Of a DNA stretch of 64,000 bases, positions 39,321 through 55,307 are shown piece by piece. Source of the stretch: Basidiobolus meristosporus CBS 931.73 (taxonomy: Eukaryota > Fungi > Basidiobolomycota); assembly GCA_002104905.1 (NCBI GenBank), contig MCFE01000093.1, forward strand, positions 111,282-175,281, read 5' to 3'. Position 1 is the first letter of the stretch. The number at the start of each line of letters is the position of its first letter. The translations under genes were made by a program, and so were the position numbers. Below the pieces are notes generated by a model. That model had not been told where the DNA came from, did no database searches, and saw only the letters and a list, made by a program, of their open reading frames with translations.

Positions 39321-39420
39321 GTTGCGTAGAGCGTGGTAGAGAGTGACACGGAGTTCTATGGTCAGGTTGAGTTGCGTAGAGCGTGGTAGAGAGTGACACG
39401 GAGTTCTATGGTCAGGTTGA
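39321..39420. repeat. Perfect 50-bp tandem duplication
   Basis: 39321-39370 is identical to 39371-39420. Confidence 0.95.
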
Positions 39421-40790
39421 TTCCAAAAGCTGGAACGGATTTTGAGTGGGAGTCTACGTGGAGTAAAAGGAGGCTCTAAAACTGCACATGCGAACTAAGA
39501 ACTGGATGAAACCTTCGTAGTTCAGTAATATATATTGTTGAGGGACCCCTTCGTCCCCAAAATCGCCGGATATTTAAGGTAAACATCACCGATTTCCCAT
39601 AGTTTACCAACTGGTAATAATACTGAATGTAACTGATATCATCCAAATATGGCCTCACATGTAACAAGAATGCGCCAATGGTCAGCGAGGATGAAGGCAA
39701 TGCCAGATATATAGCGATTGTTTATATCAATGGCGGTGTGAATGGGCATGCCTTCGGTACATACGCATCTGCATCCAATGCGAAATCGAGCTCCAGGTAG
39801 CCAATGAGAGAGGATCCAAGCTAGACTAATATAGAACTTGGAGAAAAAATGCCTGCCAATGATGCTCTCCGTTATTGTTATCTTGTAATGATACGATCTT
39901 TTCACAGGAATGTAACGATCCTCGGGATACAAATTATTCTTGAGCAACATTTGTTTGCATCTCGTTCATGCAGCAGCTGCCTGGGTTAATTATGTTCCAA
40001 ACGTTCGCTTCCTCATCATCGAAGCTACTTGCCCTTGGTGCTTATTGCCGACTACCGAGACTCTCACATGCTAGACGGTGAAGAGCAGAACATATAAACA
40101 AATCCATACCACCAACGAGCGAGTGGCATATCGACAGGCCCATGCCCTGTTATTACAAGGTAGCAAGGTAGCAATATGCCTAGACGATCCTTGTCCATCA
40201 CATGTTGGCATTTCTTAATCTAGCGAGCCCCAAGTTAGCATTTCCTTAAACCTTACTGTAGCCCAGGTGGGCTGGGCTTCGCTTCGCTTGTATCATCTGA
40301 AATGTATTCACAGTCAGATTGTTCCGGAGCAGAGGAATCCGTCCGGAGTATATCACTCTACCCAATTCCGAAACGAGAGGATATTTCATTGCTGGATCCA
40401 AATGAATTTATGTAACAGATCACCTCGCCAGACAGGTTCGGTACTGCTCTCAGGCTGTTTGATTCCTTTGTTTTGAGTCCTTTAAGAGTTGTGTTTGTAG
40501 TATATCTAAGTCTATTACCCACTTATTTGGGCGTCACAAATGAATTTCCTAGCGATAAAAGCTAGTTGAGGATCCAATCTGAATTAGGCCACTTCAGTCT
40601 CGGCAGATTTCTATTGAACCGTCATCATTTAACGATCGTTTAACGATCTTTTTAGGGAGCTACTGCTGGTGCCATTTTTCATTCGGTTATTTTATCGCTT
40701 TTCCTTGGCTACTTTCCTCCAGTTGCTTGTTGTTAGTATTGTTGATATTTAGAGACCACTACTCTTCACTATACACCCCACCTTTACCAC

Positions 40791-42140
40791 ATGAACACCA
40801 GCAGACTCAACGAATTGCTCGAGGACCACAACAAGCCTATTGTAGAGTCCCCTCCGCCATACTCGACTGTGATCGGTGACCGAAAAGCTGGACTTGAAAG
40901 GCTTGAATCCCTTTCTACAAATGTGGCTTCTCCGAGAAAAAGCCAGCCAGGAACTCCAGTCAAGGAAAACCAAATGCTAGATAAGGTGAGTCCCACATTC
41001 TCTTTGAACTGCCCACTGCTTTGTTACTGAACCCGGTGCTCTTTCTTATTGAAACTAGATGGTTCATTTAGAAAGCTTATGTTCTTCTATGCAAACCATG
41101 CTAGAGTTTCAAACTTTTGCGTACAAAGATGTGAAAACCCATCTATCAGAGTAATTACCCCTTCTTTTGAAATCTCTTCCGCCAAGTCGTGTAACAAACA
41201 CCTCCTTCACCTGTAGAATTAGCAAATCCATCAATCGCAGGGAGATAAACGAGCCGACTTCTCCTGATACGCCAACGCCTAGAGCCACTCAAAAATTAAG
41301 TGAACTGGTATTGCCAAGGTTGACCATATGAGTTCGATATGTCAGTTGTTAATCCCTTCTACAAAGCTGTTGGAAGATCCACCCCTTTTGAAAGCGGGTG
41401 AAGTTGAAGGCGACAAGGCTTCGCCAACGGAGTCTCTCGACGAAGATGCGGGCTACGATCGTGTATGCAATATGCTTGACCATCTACTCAATGATGCTAA
41501 GGCTGCTATCAATACCGAATCTCCACTAGATATCAGCTATTCGGAAGATCTGGACGAAGAGCTGACATCGTCCGCCTCCCTTATCACCCCGGTCCGCTCT
41601 GAGTTAAGAGAAAAGAAGGAAAAAGAGCAGATGGAAGTGGCGCCCAAAACCCCCTATTTCGAGCCACCGCTACCCACGGGGTCAATCAAAAAGAACACCA
41701 CGGAATTGAGATTTTGGTGCCAAGTAGTAAAAGATGGGGAGGAGCAGGAGCCGTATCAGATCCAGCGCAAATTGGTGTTGCCTAATATAACTCCTCGCAA
41801 GAAGAGCTCTACCCGATCTTTGGATAGCGCCAGTGGGCAGATCAGTTGCGCCGAGCCAGCTGGCATCTATGATCAAAGCAAAACAGTCATGTCAATGATT
41901 TACTGGACTCTGCTATTTACACTGGGGGCATTGCTACTGGATAGGTACCTCATAGAGCTTGCCAGCGCCCAGGTTGCCAATGCTATGGAGTACATCTCGC
42001 CTGATCGGCAGGTGGAGTTCATGGAGCTTTCCGAGTCTGAAGATGAGGACCAAGACGCCCGTGAAATCGAATATACAATGGGGGACACTGACAACGAAAC
42101 CCCTCTGCGCCGCCGCCGTGTCCGCCGCTATTCGATGTAG
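40791..42140 (+). CDS. Hypothetical protein with a C-terminal TM segment (multi-exon)
   Basis: The ATG at 40791 is followed by GT-AG introns at about 40985-41059 and onward. The last exon is long and includes MIYWTLLFTLGALLL. Confidence 0.55.
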
Positions 42141-42585
42141 AATTGCCACTCGGTGGCTGCTCCAGCCCTCTTTCGATCGATGCATCGTAGCCACCATATC
42201 ACCTTATTTGATCACGTATTCCTTGTTAGCTCTTCTACGTCACCCAACCACCCACCAAATTTTCTTTTTTGTACAATATTCAGTTTTGCAAGCTCCATGC
42301 TTCCCAATATTTTAATACATATGCTTTTATGACTTATATCTCCGATATTCATTGCCCTGTGCATCTCCATGTATTAAGTGTAACAAATTCCCAACCATAC
42401 CGATCAATCGATCACATAACCGATCGATCAATCATCGATAGAGCATGGAGGTTGCGCAGCCGTACATTGAGTGTCGAGTTTCTTGCACCGACTGCCAGCA
42501 TCAGCCAGATTTCCTACGCGGGGCCCAGTAGGTAGTTCCAACAACACCTTCCAGCCCTCCTTTCCTGCATTAACCAAGAGGAAGC

Positions 42586-43253
42586 ATGTCGCCTAATCCC
42601 TCGAAAACCATCTTGAATAGAAGATATTTCTATTTTGAGCACCATCTGAAGGATACTCCTTACTTTTCTATGGAGGAAATGAAATTACGGGAGCCAAATT
42701 TGTATTTTGAACTCGTCGACCGTTTTCGTACAGAGACAGAGAAAAGCGCCCCCTTTGCCTCTAGTATGTCATTGGTTGATCGGATGTATCATAATATCGA
42801 TGAGCTACGTTTTCAGCAAGCTCTTGATAATTCTCTTGACGAGAACGAAGAGGAGGAGGAGAGAGGAGGAGAGAGGAGGAGGAGAGGGAGAGGGAGAGGA
42901 GAAGGGGGAGAGCCTGGACCCAACCGAACGTGAAGATCTGATCAGCGAGTTTAAAGATCTTATGAAATACAAGTTTCTGTCGGGCGATGATGTAGGTTCA
43001 AACTCGATTGAATATTCTCTAGGGAAAAGTCTAACCCATCCTTAGAAGCACTTTGATTACTCAAAGGTAGACACCAACGAGGTAAGTTTCAAGTTTATTA
43101 CGTTGACTTCGAACGACTTGGTAGTAATGTCGTTTACCCTAGGAATACGACGATCTCCACCAGGTTGGTGAAGATTTGGAAGCGGAATATTTTGATTCAG
43201 AGGAGCCAAACGAGATCAACATAGAGAACGAAACACACGAGTATGATTACTAA
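42586..43253 (+). CDS. CCDC97: CCDC97/DUF2052 family protein (apparent frameshift in a GA-rich tract at 42850-42905)
   Basis: It has ILNRRY...YFSMEEMKLREPNLY, then in another frame EREDLISEFKDLMKYKFLSGDD|KHFDYSKVD..EYDD...EAEYFDSE. Confidence 0.8.
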
Positions 43254-43378
43254 GAAAGCCCTTGACTTGTAAATAATTTCTAGTTTTCCTTCTCAACAAC
43301 GGGCCCATAAAATTCCTTCTCAACAGCGGGGCCTACGTGAATTATATACAACCATGGTATTCTCGAATAAACACAGAC

Positions 43379-43672
43379 TTAGAGAGGCTCTTTATCTCGA
43401 TGCTTACTGAGAAGCCTGGCACGCTCGTCATAAATATGTCGTTCTCGGGCCGACATCAGGGTCCAGGCAGTTTTCAAGCTCCGGAGAAGTTCAGGCAGTG
43501 CTTCCTGCGGATGCTCGAATCTTTTTTCACGCAGAAACAGGCCAAACCCAGGGTCATCTGCAATACTTGGGCATTCATCCCCGCTCTCGTCCTCGTTCTC
43601 GCCCTCATCCCCATCCACCGAGCCTACATAGGATGACTCGGACGAAATATCACTTTCTTCGGCAGTCATCAC
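43379..43672 (-). CDS. Possible small acidic protein with a degenerate HMG box
   Basis: GFGLFLREKR.EHP...ELLRSLKTAWTLMSARERHIYDERA has HMG-box spacing; the 5' end is unresolved. Confidence 0.4.
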   Translation of the reverse strand: MMTAEESDISSESSYVGSVDGDEGENEDESGDECPSIADDPGFGLFLREKRFEHPQEALPELLRSLKTAWTLMSARERHIYDERARLLSKHRDKEPL

Positions 43673-44136
43673 AATGCTAAATGCTCACCACCTAACCCAA
43701 GCTCGCCTTAAATATCCCAAATGAGAAGCTCGCCTTAAATATCATAATCAGAGCCCCATTTGATCAGTCCGCATGTACGGCCCACTCAATATGCAAAATT
43801 ATCCGATGATTATATCGGTGTAGCTCATTAATGATTATATCGGTGGTGATGTGTAGCTCATTAATGTAAGCCTTATCTAATAATCTACTTAAAGTGTACT
43901 CACTCTGCAACTTAAAGCTGAAACCGGAAAATCATTAAAACTAACGGCTTAGTGCCTCAAGTCACAATATATCAATAATCCGGCACCACCCACTGCAGTC
44001 CACTACTTTCTCTATTTTGCAACCCCCTACTTTTCCTTTCCACCCGCCACTTCCTCGTCGAACCTGTTGCTTACTCCACAGGTTGCCGTAACCCCAAGCT
44101 AATTCACCGGCAGAGTGATGTAAAGGAACAAAATAA

Positions 44137-45682
44137 ATGCACTACACTCAGAACTCTATCGAAGAACTTGAAAATGACTTCATGCCCAGATGGGACGACA
44201 TGCTCACCTTTCGCCAGACTAGCGTTCCCACCACCCGAAACCGCACGATCTCCATCACTTCGGATGGTGGCTACGACGAGGCCAGTGCTCTTTTGGCCAT
44301 CAACACGGCTGGCGACCAACAGAACTTCTATCGAAGGTTGGCGGAGTGGACGAACTCCATGTGGAGACGATTCCTCATACTGACCATATTCCCAGTCGTC
44401 ATAGTAAGTAGCTCCTTTCGCGGTGGCGCTCGAGTTGTTGCTAACAGCCCCTCCTGTGATATAGACGCTTCTATGGTGCGCAGTCCCCCTACCGGTGGTG
44501 AAGAACGACTCTGGAACTGACGAGGGAAGCGAGATGAACTTCTGGTTCTTCCTGTTGTTCTACTACGGCTTTTACAACGCGATCGCCCTGATATTCATCA
44601 CCCAGATATTCATACTGTACTCGCTCAACTGGTGGCCTCGCTCCATGGGCGGGGTCCTCTCCTACATCGTCTCGTGGCTGTTTTCCATCGGGGTCGGAAC
44701 CCTGATCTACTACTTCACCGGGTTGGAGCAGTATCGGATGACCTGGGTGCTGCTCACCTTCTTCACCATGGCGTTCCCAATGGTGGTCGCGCTGTTCTTG
44801 TTACGCTCGCAGCAGCGGAACCGATACCGCAAATCGCTGACCATGGCACAGAAGACGTTCCTCCACGAGATCGACTCACGAATGCCCTCCTCTTATCGAC
44901 GGTATTTGTGGTTCTGCGTCACCCTGATGATCACGCTCCTTGGGTTCATCTTGGGTGAGGCATACGCCCACATATTCACCGAGACTCATCCGCAGTCCTG
45001 GGTGGCTGGCGTAGTGTACGTGTACTCCTGGGTCATCACGGTCTACACCCTGGACTGGATTACCGAGTATATCGTAGAGACCAGGATCCGCTCCTGGGCG
45101 CTGTGTTACATCTTCCGGCTCTACTTCTACATGATCTACTTCATCTTCTACCGCAACCTGTTTGCGCGCCTGAGACACATGGACCAGTTCATCCTGGTCC
45201 AGCTGGCCTCGGCGGTGTGGGTGGTGGTGAACTATCCATTCCGGATGTCCCGCTTCTTCCACCGAATCCTGGTGCGTTTCTGCGGGATGGAGCGGAGCTA
45301 CGAGGAGTACATCAAGAACATCGGGAGGGCGTTCTTCATCCGCAACATCGCGGAGAACGTGACGATGATGGCCTTTCTCGGATGGGTGATCATCCTCAAC
45401 TTCGGCCCGAACGCCAAGCTCTATCCCTACCTGAAGTTCAAGGAGGACGAGACGTACAACCTGGACATCACCCTGTGGGCCAGCACCATCGTCTGGGGCT
45501 GCGAGATCATCTCATCCTACTTCACCCGGCTCAGCTTCAAAAAGATCTACAAGCACAGCATTACCCGGGAGGCCGCCCAGGACTTCCTAAGGTACCCGGA
45601 GATCGTGGTGGTGATGGTGCTCGTGATCATCCACGTGTTGCAGGACATGCTTCTTGCGCTGCTAGAGTTGAGGTTTGCTTGA
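44137..45682 (+). CDS. Uncharacterised polytopic membrane protein (intron about 44404-44465)
   Basis: Splicing joins FPVVI|TLLWCAVPLP. The second exon is a 1.2-kb ORF with many TM segments and high GC3. Confidence 0.75.
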
Positions 45683-46153
45683 GCACCGAGGGTCCCAGCG
45701 GTGAGATGTCTTCTACATTTTCCATGTAATATTCTTTTAAAGCAGAGTTTGTCAGTCCGTGCGGCATTTTTGTGAACATGTTTCCGTCTACTTCTACTTG
45801 GGCCCATCCCGCTGAGGTGTTGAACCACCCATCCCTTGTAATGTTGTCCCTTTTCTATGTAAACCAACCAAGCCTCGCATAAATTTAATTCGTGTCTAAA
45901 TATCTCCAATAAATACTAGGACGTTACGGGGATGCATTGGATTCTTGTTTATTTCATGGCTGGTGGAAAGAAATGTGGACTGGATAGGAAACGGAGGTGA
46001 TTTAGGTGTGTGTGTGTGTGTGGGGAGGGGGTCGAGTTGGTGAGGATGGATGGCTGATTGTTCGACATCTCATCTACTCCCAGCATGCGTTTGTCTGGAT
46101 AAGAGCAGCTGGAGTAGTCGCGAAAATCGTCCACCAATCTTCCTTGACTCGAC

Positions 46154-48494
<2,341 letters not shown>

Positions 48495-48797
48495 TTTAGC
48501 AAGAGTTGATAACCAAGTGAAAGCGGTAGCTCCAGATAACAGTGATGACTAAATATGCTCGATGTACCACGAAATTACCATAGTGTGATCCACCTCATGG
48601 ATCCCACCCAGTTACACCAAAATCATCCTCATAAATAATAGTGATTCAATGCGCTCATTGATCGTAGCCAAACCCTCCACTTATTTGCCAGGCCATTTGG
48701 CACAGCACTCGATTGGTTGGATACAATTAGTTAGCATTGTATGTGTTTATTTAAGGATGTATAACAAGTCCATCCGAGGTAAAGGAACAAATTGCAT

Positions 48798-49746
48798 TTA
48801 TTGGGCTTTCTTCGCCTTCTTTTGGGTCTTGGGGGCTGCTGGTGCAGATGCAAAGAATTTGCGATAGAGCATGGTACCAAGAAGCATTGACCAGCATACG
48901 GTCTTGGCCTCATGGATGGTTAGTTGAGGAATCCATGATTCATCCAGACCAATCAGTACCAGGTATTTGGCCCATTCAGCTGGAGATGTGGTCAACACAT
49001 AGACTGATGCAACACTGAAGCACAGCTTGATATCGAATCCGGGGTTTGTGAAGACGGTGGGAGTGCGGAAGGCCCAGTTGCGTTGCGTTAGTTGAAAGGC
49101 GTCGCTGAATATGCCTCCACCGCAGCCCGAGAGAGTACCACAGATGAGCATTCCGACATACGAATTTGAGACGTTGCTGAGTCCATTCAAGCGTACGGCC
49201 TCTACGCCCATATTGGTTATAGCGAAGGTGCGGGAGACACAGTCACCAGCATTAAGTACGAGTTCGGTGATGGGACCAAGGAGAGTCAAGAGACGATAGA
49301 CTATATCGAAAGGACTCTTGAAGATGGCCATATAGATCAGGCTAAAAGACAACATACATGAGGCTCAGATAACCAAAGTTTAAAAATAGAAAGATACTTA
49401 CGTATAGAGAGGAAGCATCGTGTTTGAAGCTAACCAGCCCGGAGGGATAGCCAGAAGAATGGCTGGACACAAAAGTATTAGTCAAATTTATATGGAGGGA
49501 TAGCTCCACAGCTATTTTATTACCGGAAGTGGTTGTTCCTCCAAACGACAAGGTATAGAAAGTAAACAACGCTTGGAACCAAGGGATTTGCTCCTCTTTG
49601 GGTAAACTCTTTCTCAAGTCGTAAGCAACTCTGGCAGCGTGCAAGGTGGCCACTATTGGAACCGGAAAGTAAGGGCCCCATTCGATAGCAGGAAACCCTA
49701 CGAAGTTCGTAGAAACTTGGGTGAATAAGGAGGTAGTGTCGTTCAT
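48798..49746 (-). CDS. TRIC/TMEM38-like trimeric intracellular cation channel (multi-exon)
   Basis: SFGGTTTSAILLGYP..LASN...AIFKSPFDIVYR, VSRTFAI and VGMLICGTLSGCGGGIFSDAFQL..RNW align by eye with TRIC motifs (FGS..LA.LLLGEP; IFFCPLDLFYK; G.VKGSG). Confidence 0.7.
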
Positions 49747-50148
49747 TGCGCTAGTAACCTGCTACTGAGGAGCAATAAGAGTGGTCTCTACTCCTTTTAA
49801 ATAATGATACCAAGGATCATCCCTGAATCAAAATGTTGAATCGGATTTCAATTGAACACCATCAACTGATCAATCTTGGTTACTATGACACAATCGCCAC
49901 TCGTATGCATTTTGCATACCTTTGAAATATAGTTAATCCGAGTACTATTCCAAAATGCTCATCTGGGATCTAAAATGCGCAGTCCAGGCGAGTGCCAAGA
50001 TATCTCAGGTTTCACGTGCGTTTGACTGGTCTCAATATACCGCCATTTATGGCTATGGTGGCAACTACACTAAGCTTTATATTCAACCTTTGGTGTACCT
50101 GCCAAAGACCATTTATTTATTCCCGTGTGGGATTCTAGCGCTCCAAAT

Positions 50149-53100
50149 ATGTCACATCCAAATCCCAATGATGTAGATTGGGATGTCCTCCAACTCTCAG
50201 AAGTCCCGGTGAGTTGTCTTGTGGGGAGATTCCGCGAATTACACATTTATCGAGTTCGTTTTCAAGGACGACATGAAGGATATACTTAGAACAGGTCTTC
50301 TCTTCTGCAAAACCAATGTTCAAGTGTACAGGTCCGGCTCTCCTGATGATAAGATAAAAGGGTACCTATGCATCGTAGAAGAGGTAGGTATTTATTCCCT
50401 GGCAATTTATAGTCAATTGTCTGACATGATATTACTAGGAAACTGGAGTGTACGCTTTACTCTGGATACCTGAACGTCTCATTCCCACCAAGCACCAAGA
50501 AATATACAAAATGGTAGAGAACAACCCTCAGATCAAGGTGCTTGGGATTGAGGGAAAAACCATCATAAAACGTATGTTGTTTACATTGGCCAAGACAATT
50601 GGGAATCAGCTAAAGTTCATTTCTTATAGCTGAAATATATGTACCTTCACCGAAGCTCTATGCAGATGATTCTAACACAGTATTTGATGCTTTCTACTGG
50701 ATCAATCTTCGAGAGATAGATTCGATCCTCTCTCAGCCGCCTTCGGTAACGGAATGGCATGGGTCCATTATCATCTTGTTGAGAAGTGGGGAACCACTAC
50801 CCCCACTGTGGTTTCACAATGACCAAGCAAATGTACAGCTGTGGGGTGGTGATGAATTCTTAGCTTGGTTATGTCAAATTGGAAATTTAACCGAGTAAGC
50901 TCATAACTTCTCTCCAAGAAATCCTATCCAGGCTAAAATCAACCAATGCTAGGTCAAAAACCGAACCGAATCTGTTCTATCTGAACAAGCAAAGCGAACA
51001 AGAAAGCAGAGCTCCTCTAAATGGAGAGCAGACTGAATCTAAAAACAGTAGTCCGCGACCAACCGCTGCACAGATTTTTAACGAAGGGTTCAATCGCGGC
51101 CTTGGTCTTTTCGACCCAAATAATAGAGACTCATTAGTGAATGTTAGTTCTAACATACAAGCACTTCTTGCTGTTGCATCTCTCACACCCTCGAATTTCA
51201 AACAGGCAGCCCAAGAGCTAAAATGGTCAGTGCTCGAGAAGTTCTCAAAGGTTACCCAGTTTACCAAGCATTCAGCAGGTTTGGACTCATTCATTTATTT
51301 GTCGACTATACTTGAAAGCATGGTTTATAACATCTGCAATGTAGCGCAAATCCTTGAACATCCGCTTGGACGTCCTTTAGTACCTTTCTTACCACCCGAG
51401 TTTGTTGAAGTTGTCGAAGCATCGCCAGCTGCTCAAGATGTCATGCAAGAATATGAAGTGGCAAAGCTCTATCTCGCCAAATGGGCCAATGGAGTTGTTC
51501 AAAAAGCCAAAAGACACCGGAGACAGGAGCCTGATGTGGAATACCACGTTGACGAAGACTTTTTAGAGGAGACCGATCTGGGGACATTTGAGGTGTTGAG
51601 TGTATGTATTACATCCATCAACATCCGTATTGCCTATTTCTCGGCTTATCGAGTCTGTAACATTAGGATTTCTCATATGATTCTAAGGAATCCTTGAGAA
51701 CCTCGCCTATTACTTCCGAACTGTGGTATATCTATTTCGAGGGATCAGCCGGAGAGAGTTCGGAGGGTCGTCTACTCATGCGAGAGGAGGACATCAAGAG
51801 CTCTGTATTTGCTGGGGTATGGCTATTCCCAAACGTTACGCCCAAATGTTACGAGCACCCTGATTTCAATGGGAAACCTTTTAACAAACACTTTCATATT
51901 ATCAAGGGCGTTGAGAACAAGATTAGGCCCATTGTGTGGAAGTACCTGCTGGGTGTGTATCCTTGGGATTCCACCGAAGCGCAGCGAAAGGAAATCCGAG
52001 AGCGAAACAAGTAAGAAGCTGGATACGCTGTATTGGCCGAGTGTAATGGCGCTAACGTCGTGTTCACCGGTGTAGGACAGAGTATGAGCGACTCAAAGGG
52101 CTATGGTTTGGTCAAAAGGAGTTGGAGGAGGACACCTCATTTCGGGATCAAAAGCATCAAATTGGTAGATGTATATTGAACTGCAGCCCATGGAATCGCA
52201 TTAACTTCTGTTGTACGAGCAGAAAAAGACGTCCTCAGAACGGATAGAACCAATCCATTGTTCTTGGAGGAAGAGGTGTCGAACGAGGGAGGGTTGGATG
52301 CTTTATCAGCAACTGGACTTCCAGGAACAAACTCGAATTTAGAGATGCTGAAGCATATTTTGATCACCTATAATTTCTACAACAGAGACCTAGGTTTGTG
52401 TTGTTATCTTTCGAAAGCTGATGCTTCAGTCATGTTAATCAAAGGCATCCCAATTAGGCTACGTCCAGGGAATGAGTGACTTGCTTGCGCCCTTGTTTGT
52501 TGTGATGCAAGATGAGGTCGAAACATTCTGGTGCTTTGTAAACTTCATGGAGCGAATGGTAGGAGCGGCGTGCAGTTTGTTTATCATTCAACTTGAGGCT
52601 GACCAGATACTTTCTTGTCGTGCAGAAAGTGAATTTCTACACCGACCAGAGTGGCATGAATAGACAGCTTCGTACGCTTGAGGCATTGATTCGTTTCATG
52701 GATCCACCGATGTCCCGGCATTTGGAACAAACAGACTCGTCCAACCTCTTCTTTTGCTTCCGTTGGCTGCTTATCTGGTTCAAGCGAGAGTTTGAATATG
52801 AAAACGTCATGAGATTATGGGAGGTCCTTTGGACTGACCACATCTCCAAAGATTTCCATTTGTTCATTGCCCTTGCGATCATCAATCAAAATCGCAGAGT
52901 GATCTTGGAAGAGCTAACAGCCTTCGACGAGATTCTCAAGGTAACTTATGATTGTTGCAGCTGTGAAAAGCCAATGCTAACCCTGGCCTCTTATACCCTT
53001 ACCCTTCTGATCGTCCGTAGTGGGCCAATGACCAGTCGATGCATATTGATCTTGAGACAACCCTCTGCCGCGCTGAGGTACTCTATAGGCATTTCTGCCA

Positions 53101-53218
53101 GCGCGTCGAGGCTGCAGATCGTGTAGCCTCCCAATCATCCACTGACACTAGTATACGTGATCCCGTTCCCTTGGCACTACGCGAAATCATCAAGAAATCC
53201 AAGCCTCATCACGATTAA
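50149..53218 (+). CDS. GYP7: Rab-GAP TBC protein Gyp7/TBC1D15 (many exons)
   Basis: Motifs IRPIVWKYLLG, IEKDVLRTDR, LGYVQGMSDLLAP and FFCFRWLLIWFKREF...RLWEVLW. Confidence 0.93.
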
Positions 53219-53297
53219 ACTCCACCCCCACCATTTGAGCGAATAAATTCAAGTAATCTGCAGTTTACTCTGTACAATACATTGAGGGGGGAATTGT

Positions 53298-54694
53298 TTA
53301 GTGTCTGGAAAGGGTCTTTATGTCGTCCATAATCTTCAAAATCCTCTCTTGGATGGCTTGGTAATTCTTGAGCACACGCTGGAACTCTTCGCCTAGCAGG
53401 GAGTACTGCTGTAGCTGGGCTTCCCCTTGTTTGATAGATTTGTGGACGGCCGTAGAGGCGTCAGTTAGGTTTTGGCTAAACAAAGGATGTTAGCAAGATG
53501 AGAGCACGCCGAAAGAACCAGTAGATGCGTACCGAATGTTAACCAGACACTTGTAGATTTTCGGGTTGTAGATTTCTGCCTCGGTCTCGGCTTGTAATAG
53601 CCTGGCCACCAGTTAGTAAATGTACGAAAGGTTCGAACAGCAGCGAGAACTCACCTGATTCTATCCCCAATGTGATCCCAGTTCAGTTCCAACCAGTCGT
53701 CGGTAGCCACTTGCTTAGTAACCCCGTCACGAAGCTTGTAGTTTTCAAGAAGCCCCCATAATGGCGGGATGCATGAGCGCAGGATCTAGTGAGGACGGTT
53801 AGCGGCGTGGTGCTATAATATGATCGGGAAACACCTTTTTACCATTTGATAAGTTTCTAGGTAATTCAGGTATCTAATGTCCTTTTGATGTACATTGATC
53901 GAGAGCTCTTCTAGCTCGGATTTCTGCTTCGTGATATCTTGTAGTAGCAGTTCGTTGTTTTCTACGAGGTGAATATAGGGTTGAGTATTTTTTGGGGGTA
54001 GAGCGTGTTCGTTTCAGTACCCACCAGAGTTGAAAGTGGTGACTTCGTCGAGTTTTCGTTGCAGACGTTGCTTGATAGCCGGGACTATATTCTCTCGAAC
54101 ACTCTATGTCAAATAGGTATTAGGCCAGGATTCATTTTACCAAGTTAGGTAGATATTTTCGAACCTCTCTGTCCAACTCTTTCAGCGAGGTTGTCAAACC
54201 GTTGCCGCTTGGGCCTAAAAGAGAGCAGTTTTCCGGAAACGTCTCCAAAATGTACCGATGCCCCTCAGATTCGTGAAAGGCATTTCTCACTGCCTGGTGG
54301 ACCTGGAGGGAGAACTTGTCTCAGTCTATTGTTTCATAAGGTCGAGTTGATGAGAAAGCTTACTTGTGTTGGCAAGGCCTCGTCGGGGTCCTGCAACAAT
54401 TGAACCAACTCCTGGTATATTGCCAGAGATTCAAAGTAGCTCTTCTTACATTTAGTTAGCTGCTCCTGATAGGTTTTTAGTTTGGCGAAGAGAGAGGCGA
54501 TTTGGTGTGAAGGGTTTCGTTACCACTGATGGGACTGAGTTTAGTTCTCTACTTGCTCCACTCGGGGTCAGATAATTATTTTCCAAGTCCTCCAACAAAT
54601 TCGCAAACCCTGGGTTGTCCTCAAGGAGTTGTGAAGGTACCAAAGTGTGAGGGATTTCCTTGTATGCTACAAGGTTGCTAGTCGATGTTTTCAT
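53298..54694 (-). CDS. HAUS4: Augmin/HAUS subunit 4-like protein (multi-exon)
   Basis: The N-terminal LLEDNPGFANLLEDL..YLTPSG and the C-terminal EIYNPKI...GEAQLQQYSLLGEEFQRVLKNY match the HAUS4 pattern by eye. Confidence 0.6.
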
Positions 54695-55307
54695 GCCAAA
54701 GCTTTGGGAATAGAAGGGGCAAAAACTGTCAGTAAATAAGCTTGTTTTGTTGTTCGGTCTAAATAAATCAACCAAATAGTTGTTTATGTTAGGTGCAGAT
54801 TGTTATGAATTCAGATCATTAGTGCCACCAGGAATTTTTGTGTTCGGTAAGCCATACACTTGATTTATTGCCTAATATTAACAACATTCGGCAAAGCCAG
54901 GTAGGAACATTCAATTCGATATGATATGCATGAGCATATTTAGGTATATATTCCTTTACAATCAACGTTAGGAATAATGATGCTCATAAATGTAGATATT
55001 TACCAACTAACAAGGGACATAATTCCTTTAGATGATGATCAGCATCCAGGGTAACAAGAAATAAGTGTATATCATCTTAATGTCATTTCAAAAAAGCCTT
55101 TGACTGGAAAAAATAGGAGTTGTATGGAGCACCATTGCAGCATACACACCTGTTTGCTCTTTCGAGTACTGCTTGATATACTGACTGCCGAGTAAGAGCA
55201 CTCATATCTGGGTTGGCCAATGTGCTAGTTTTTCGAGATATACAGTTACTATTTATTTTCTATAAAGTCGTTTGAAATATCTTGATAGTGAGTAGACCAG
55301 AAGATCC

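Noticed and set aside
39480-40600. Possible structured ncRNA (RNase P-like GGGAAATCGGTG and AATTCAGA motifs, H/ACA-like hairpins) on the minus strand
   Set aside because: The two RNase P-like motifs are in the wrong order and about 1 kb apart, and no convincing H box was found. It needs an Infernal search and cannot be supported by eye.
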